DNA of 64,000 nt from Balanoglossus misakiensis (Eukaryota > Animalia > Hemichordata). Where the stretch lies: NCBI GenBank assembly GCA_040954595.2, contig CM082593.2, positions 4,295,434-4,359,433 of the forward strand. Direction: 5' to 3'. The notes beneath the pieces were generated by a model. The model was not told the DNA's origin and searched no databases. It worked only from the letters and a program-made list of their open reading frames with translations. A program made the position numbers and the translations under genes. Of the stretch, positions 57,701-64,000 are shown piece by piece. The stretch's first letter is position 1. The number at the start of each line of letters is the position of its first letter.

Positions 57701-60700
57701 AGGTGATTGTCCGCTGGCTGAATACCCCCCCCCCTCTTCTTGCAGGTCTTTTCTCCTCTTGTGTCACTCGATCGGCAGTTTGACATTTTGGATGTCGCCA
57801 AAGTCTGCGTCGGTTCCCCCCGTGGTATCAGACTATCTTGTTTGTCATAGACTACCTGTACTTTCAGCAGCAGTGCCGTCCGATGAAAATGAGACATCGT
57901 GCGCACAAATGATACAACAGAAGTGTTTCCCACACTTTGTGGAAAGAGGGGCTGTTATGCTCAACTTTCACACAGTAACTCATGATGTGAAACCAAAAAC
58001 AAACGAGTTATATACTGACAGTCATTTTTACTTATGTATATCTCTTGAGGGGAAAACTGTTATGAAAATTCCCTCCCATTAATGCAAATCATAATGTTAA
58101 AGAAATAATGTTTTGCGTCAAAACTAAGCAATAAAGAGAATTGCAAAGTATCTTAGCACCAGTTATTATCATTTAGAAAGTTCTGGATATAAACCATCCA
58201 CAAATATTAGCTTTAATATGATCCGATTTGTAGCTGTTGGGCTAATATTACCTGTGACTGTAGGTTAATGTCCTTCGAGTAAGCAAATAATGTGACCTAT
58301 GTCTTTCTCTGGAAAAGAGCATGGGTATTTTCTGCTAGGGAAAAATAGTAATTATTCGTTATGACTTCACGAAAATTACTCTCTGAGGCAAGTTGGAATA
58401 TTTTCTGATTTTTCTCCTTATTATCTTCACAGTAGGTAACTGTGTAATGATAAACCCTGCAGCAACCCTACATTTTCGCTTATAAGGATCTGCTGTTGAT
58501 TGCGGAAGGACCTAATGAAATAGCGGGTATGCGTGCACGGGGCTAATATCACCCTGCGTGTGAGCAGGGGATGCTAAAACGTGCCTGTGGAACCGCTAAG
58601 AGCCAGTCGTCTGTATGTCTTGGCCCGCCATTATTTGGCGTCTCCCAGCTACAAGTCCGTCAGGTTGCGGGCTATTGTCGATATTTTCTGAATCACACAA
58701 TCGTTATCATAAACAAACTTGGCGTCTCTGATAACAATGGCATATCGCGGACGATACGCGAATGACGACAGCAAAACTGACGTTATTGACATTTAAAAAA
58801 AAAGTACAGCATCACTGGTGGCAATTATTTAAATGTGGGGTTTCTCCTTTTCATTTCAAAAAGTCACAGTAGCTGCGTCAGGAGAAGTCTCCAGAGAATT
58901 CAATGCAGGGCGGCCAGGACACAGTTTAGAACACAATGTCCATCAAAGGTTGGTAAAGAGGTGTTGATCTTATGTGGCGAATTATGTCGTAGAAGGACTA
59001 TGCTGATCGATACTGGTTTGGACTGTTCTTTTGAACGACGAACCTTGTCGTTGTTTTTTCACCTGCTGTTTTTACCACAGCCTTTATGCCAAATATCTTG
59101 CTTCGTTGGCGAAGTGTGTCGTCAGTGAGTTGAGAATGTTTCTTCATCATTAGAATTCGCAACCGCGGCTTCTATCATTCTCCAAGATCTTTGACTTCAG
59201 CGAAGCACTGACTATACTCCATATGTACTTTGAGTATATTACCCATTGTAAAAATCCCTGGTATTGATTTTAGACATAATAGCCATCACATGTGAAGAGT
59301 GCTTCACTTAGTATGCACTGGCTGTCTGAGAACATGCTGCTTTTATTTCTTCGGCGGTAATAACCACCCCAAATCAAGTAAATGTCTCGTGGATATTTTC
59401 GTGAGAAAACTAAAAGTTATTCTGGAAATAGGAAAGCTGTGACCAACTATAAAGGTGAATTGTAATGGAAACAGGTTGTTTAAGGCACAACTATTGGTGT
59501 ACAGTGAATGGAAAATGTAGAATATTGTAAAAATCTCCGACCTTCTATTACTACGCCTTGCACGGTTAAATTTGTGACGAAAAAAGAAAGCCTTCTGTTA
59601 TCTTAACAACTGACAGCGTACAGGACCCCGGGGCATTTCAGAGCAGGAAATATACATGTATATCCGATCTCTCGCGTGTAGCGAATAGTTAGCAGTACCT
59701 CATGAGAAAGAAATTACCCCCCCCCCCCCCCCCCCCACATGCATCCCCCATACCCGAAGTGATCAGAGACATCAATTTATCCTCAAAGACTGTATCAGCA
59801 CTGTTATATGTAGGCAGGAAAAAACAAGTTTCTTTGTGACAGACGTTGCCTTTGATTTTTCATGCGTCAGAGTTTGTGAATAAAATACACCAAAACATAC
59901 GTCATGTCCTGATGCTGAAAGCCTTCGGGTGCAAATCGACAAGGCTTCGACTTAGAGTAGCTGGGCTTTTCATAGCATAAGAAGATAATGATTGACAGCT
60001 CGGTAATACTGAAGTAAAAGATATTTTTCTGGCTTGATTAGTCTAATCGTTATTTGACCAAGTAGATCCCCGATTGTTAAGAAAAGGGTGTTGGCATTAA
60101 TTGCTTATGAGCTGTTGGGATGGCGTAGGGGTTATCAGCTCTAAATATTTTTTTTTCAAATTTAAAGACCCACGCTTGTTATTGGCATTCATAAACATTA
60201 TTGACGCTGGGGAATCTTGTGGCAGCAATGCAAAGTATTGACGCAAAAGTTCATATGTGGTTGAAAATACGTCATTCGACGTCAAAATCCCAAATCGAAG
60301 ACAGTGAATGTTTGAGAGTGTTCTGAACGTAGGTGAAGGTAATACGGTAGATGGTGGCGTGTTATTTGCTAAAAGGCAATTGAAACTTGCAGGTGATGAA
60401 AAGTACTTTCTCGGTGCAGCAAGGTCCTCCTTAAACATGTAGTTTACAGCCACGACCACCGCCACATTATGAATAGGCAGAGCAGCTAAATATCTTGTCA
60501 TCACTACTCAGTGTACTATAGAAATCATGACACGCTTACATTCATGGCAAATAACAGAAACAAGGGAAGCAATGATTGCCGCACCATCACATTCACTGTT
60601 TTCATCCAAGCCATCGACAAGACAAATTCGCAGACTTAGTTCCTGACATGCGCAAGTTACACAGGTTGAAATCTGCCATCACTCATGCAAAAAAGACCAT

Positions 60701-63700
60701 TAGGGGCCGTGGACAGTTAAACACGCTCTCGACAAATGAAATGTCTTCGCTAGCAGCTGTGTTTTGAGCACCGTGAGCTAATTCGCACTAAGTAGTTGCC
60801 GCATTTTATGAGTTCCAGAACTGATACCAGGAAATGTCTTTCAATGTAGTCAGAAAGTATCTCAACTTTAAATGAACACACTTTTTCGATCTACTTACTT
60901 ACTCCATTTTGGGGGTCCGGACACACATGTACCACCTGTATGTCCAATATGAAAGCATAAACGCATTTTCACACTTGGACAGAAGGTTACCCACAATTAG
61001 TTTCATGTATTGCCTTGTAGTTTAAGAGAACAAGCCATTTTGAGGTTTTCAGAAAATCCAATGTGGCCGTCATATCATTTGCGACGTGAATAAACTGTCA
61101 GGAGAAATGAAAGAATCAATGATCCACAGAAAATACAATTTGGGAGACGTGGATGACGTGACTGCTTCCAAGATGTGTTTTTTGAAATCTCTGACATGCG
61201 ATAGCTGGCACTCTAGGGCATATAGCAAGCATAACAGCCGATGGCAATATAAATCAACTCGCAATTATTTTGACTGGTACTGAGCCGATAATTATCAGTG
61301 TATAGGCCTCTGAACGAGCATGCTCGACCCCTCCTGTTTCCGTGGCCATGTTTAATTGTGTTTCTGCTTTGAACTTTCCATCTTGTCTCTTTTTGAATCC
61401 ATTAATTTTCAGGCTCTAATATGTTTTCTAGTTCAGGTTCATATTCGGTCGAGAAACATTAACCTACTGTGACAGGCCAATATTGCATGCCTCCTACATC
61501 GAAGATGACTTCCTTTGGGGTGGTTTAAAACATACTTAGTGTTTGTCAAGGAAATGGCCGATAGGCGAGTTACAAACTGCACGTCAGAGGCACTCAAATA
61601 TTCAAGTTGACGGTGCGGTCGACTTATTCTCAGCCTATTAACACCGCGCGTAATTTATTGTCAGTCAAGTGCATCATTTTAGTAAACTTTAATTGTCACA
61701 TCTTTTGCAACACATGACATATTGCCTTGTGGATTATTATATGTCAAAATGTCCGCTTGTGTGTGTAGATGGTGAATACATGTTTCTTATGGATTGTCAA
61801 GGGTTGCACCAACTTGTCAATTAACACATACCCATGCATCCTATTTGCTCTTCATGTTTCTGCTACTCCAGTATTGACAGCCGATTCCTCCTTTAATACA
61901 CATCTGACATCAACAAATCAACTAATTTTTAAATTGAGGCCTCATTATTTACCTGTCTTGATAAACCTCTGTACTGTCCATACGGGGACAGAAGTATATG
62001 CTCTGGAGTTCAATTTCTGGAATCTAGTCGGTGATCATGATGTCTGCTAGATGCTCAAGACAGAAACATTGAGGAGCGAGATATTGTATCTAATGACGCT
62101 TTCCCTACTCCCACAATTAACTCAAGATGGGTCTGACATCAGCGTGATCGTGAGCTTAAGTTGAAAAGAGTATTAAATCTTTGGCCCCACAGTCATTTTC
62201 CTTGTTTTTTGTTTGGAAACATAAAATATTGACAAATGCATACAAGTGTAATATATGATGAGTTAACTTAGCTGTACAATTGGATCGTGGATAGGGGATT
62301 ATGGGTAGCTAGACTGTAATGGACAACAAAACATCATTACCAGCAATCTCAAATTGCCTTGTGCTTAACACATACACAGTTGGAGGTCCACACTTGTGTG
62401 AAGAATATGTCACGTCTTTGAAGCTTATATTTGTTAATTCATGAACCAAACTATAAGTACCATTATTGGCCAAAGTAACCGTTGGGGGAAAGCCATTGAC
62501 TTTGTTTCCTGGACTATATCATCTTTGATATTTTTTCTATACATCCAATGTTTATTGTCAAGATTTTCTTTCTCTCTCCTACTCTACACATGATTTCTTT
62601 GCATTCATTAATGTCAAACATCTGCCATTGTCACGGCTAATCGACAAAATCAAGCCTTATCGCAATAATAACAAGACCTACTAGACCGGAGAGAAATGCA
62701 CCCTTGGTGAATCTTCAAACTGTATGCTTTGTCTGACATTTTAAGTGTGCGACACCTTTCAACTTCCTCTGAAGGAAGGAAGAGTCGTCGAGCACGGAGG
62801 AAGTGCTGAAACAGACAGGTTATGACGTCAACGCAGGTTGATCAATTGTATCTTAATGCCAATACTCTACTTATGCAAATAAATCAATAGTCATATCTCG
62901 GATCGCCGGAACATCGAACCTGAGTGAAATGTTAGCGGGAGAAAGAAACCCGGCTAAATGTATGATAATCGATGGTGCTGTTAAAAACAAAGATACCATT
63001 AATCGAAGTCAACATTTAATCAATATCTGCGGGGTCCGACACAAGGTCAATGGGGTCACCTCGAGTGACGTCACTTCAGTGTGGACGACCATCCTATACG
63101 TGTGCGATTACATGGCAGTATTTTCCTGGTACCTGATTTCTGTGAGCGGGCGCGATCACAGTCTCTACATTTGTTTGAAAAGCATTGGGTCTTCCTTCTA
63201 GTTAATTCTACATGGGTGAAGTACTTTATGTTTAATTCCCATACTCGCAGTTCGATCTTTTGACATATTAGGCCACCAGCGACGACTTCAAAGTGGCGGT
63301 TATTATAAAATTAAATGGGCGACTTTTTTGAACTCGCAATGTTTTATATGTCTACCCTGTTACTCTTGACACCATCTGATGAATTCGGATAACAATTTAA
63401 GACATGACATTTCATTTATATTCAATTTCGTGTTTTACTTATAATTGTACCTTTTGTAGCATTACACAAATACCCATAAATGACCTTAAAGGTAATTCAT
63501 CCGATATAAGAGACGGATAGTGACGTAGATACTCAGACAGACATAGTGGCGGTCTGGAGACTTTTCAAAAGGATGTAATTTAAAGAAAGAGCCATGACTA
63601 CAAGTGTAGAGAAACATTTTGACGTTAAGCCAGAAAGTTGATATGTATTACTACACAGATGGTTCATTATTGTTCCGATGCAGCCTTGTCTTTCCCACAA

Positions 63701-63724
63701 AACTTTTGACGGTTGAGATTTCTC

Positions 63725-63925
63725 CTCAGTAGAACGACACGGAGAGCGCGGACAAAGAACGCACGCCGGTTACCATGTCAGTCACGCGCTCTCGCAATTT
63801 CCCGTCTTCTCATCTCCTTGGCAACGGTGTTATCCATATCACCGGATTATCTGCAGATACGGACACCGCAGATCGCGTGTCAATGGTTCACTGTGGCAGT
63901 GTGCCCGCTGCGACTTCCCTGATAT
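63725..63925. promoter_or_regulatory. CpG-rich promoter-like segment
   Basis: Dense CpG dinucleotides, with X-box half-sites GTTACCATG and CCTTGGCAAC. Confidence 0.3.
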
Positions 63926-64000
63926 CAAGTGAATTGTTCATTTCTGACTTGGTTTCTATATGGCATCTTAATGTTGTAAGAGTTTTCACAAACATCCTCA

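Noticed and set aside
60787-60805. Resemblance to miR-252 (ctaagtagt..tgccgca)
   Set aside because: It has a 2-nt gap relative to the recalled mature sequence and no convincing precursor hairpin.

Overview
This is AT-rich, intron-rich animal genomic DNA, probably from a marine invertebrate deuterostome (an inference from gene structure and repeat style, not established). From 46 to 6955 (+) lie the last 21 coding exons of WDFY3/ALFY (PH-BEACH, WD40, LIR-containing linker, FYVE), followed by a long 3' UTR. From 10519 to 22712 (-) are two complete tandem single-domain ACE-family (M2) peptidase genes. The upstream copy (16659-22712, 13 exons, 658 aa) has N-domain-like signatures, a remodelled active site and a GPI-signal-like tail. 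The downstream copy (10519-15552, 12 exons, 634 aa) has C-domain-like signatures and no anchor. Together they look like a split somatic ACE, and an in-frame splice route could rejoin them. From 23 to 64 kb there is no recognisable protein domain. This part holds MITEs, a Helentron-like insertion, a triplicated unit, microsatellites, decayed LINE fragments, and a probable promoter and first exons of a large + strand gene near 28.7-29.6 kb with an RFX X-box. All gene models were read by eye and human comparisons are from memory, so they need checking by alignment.
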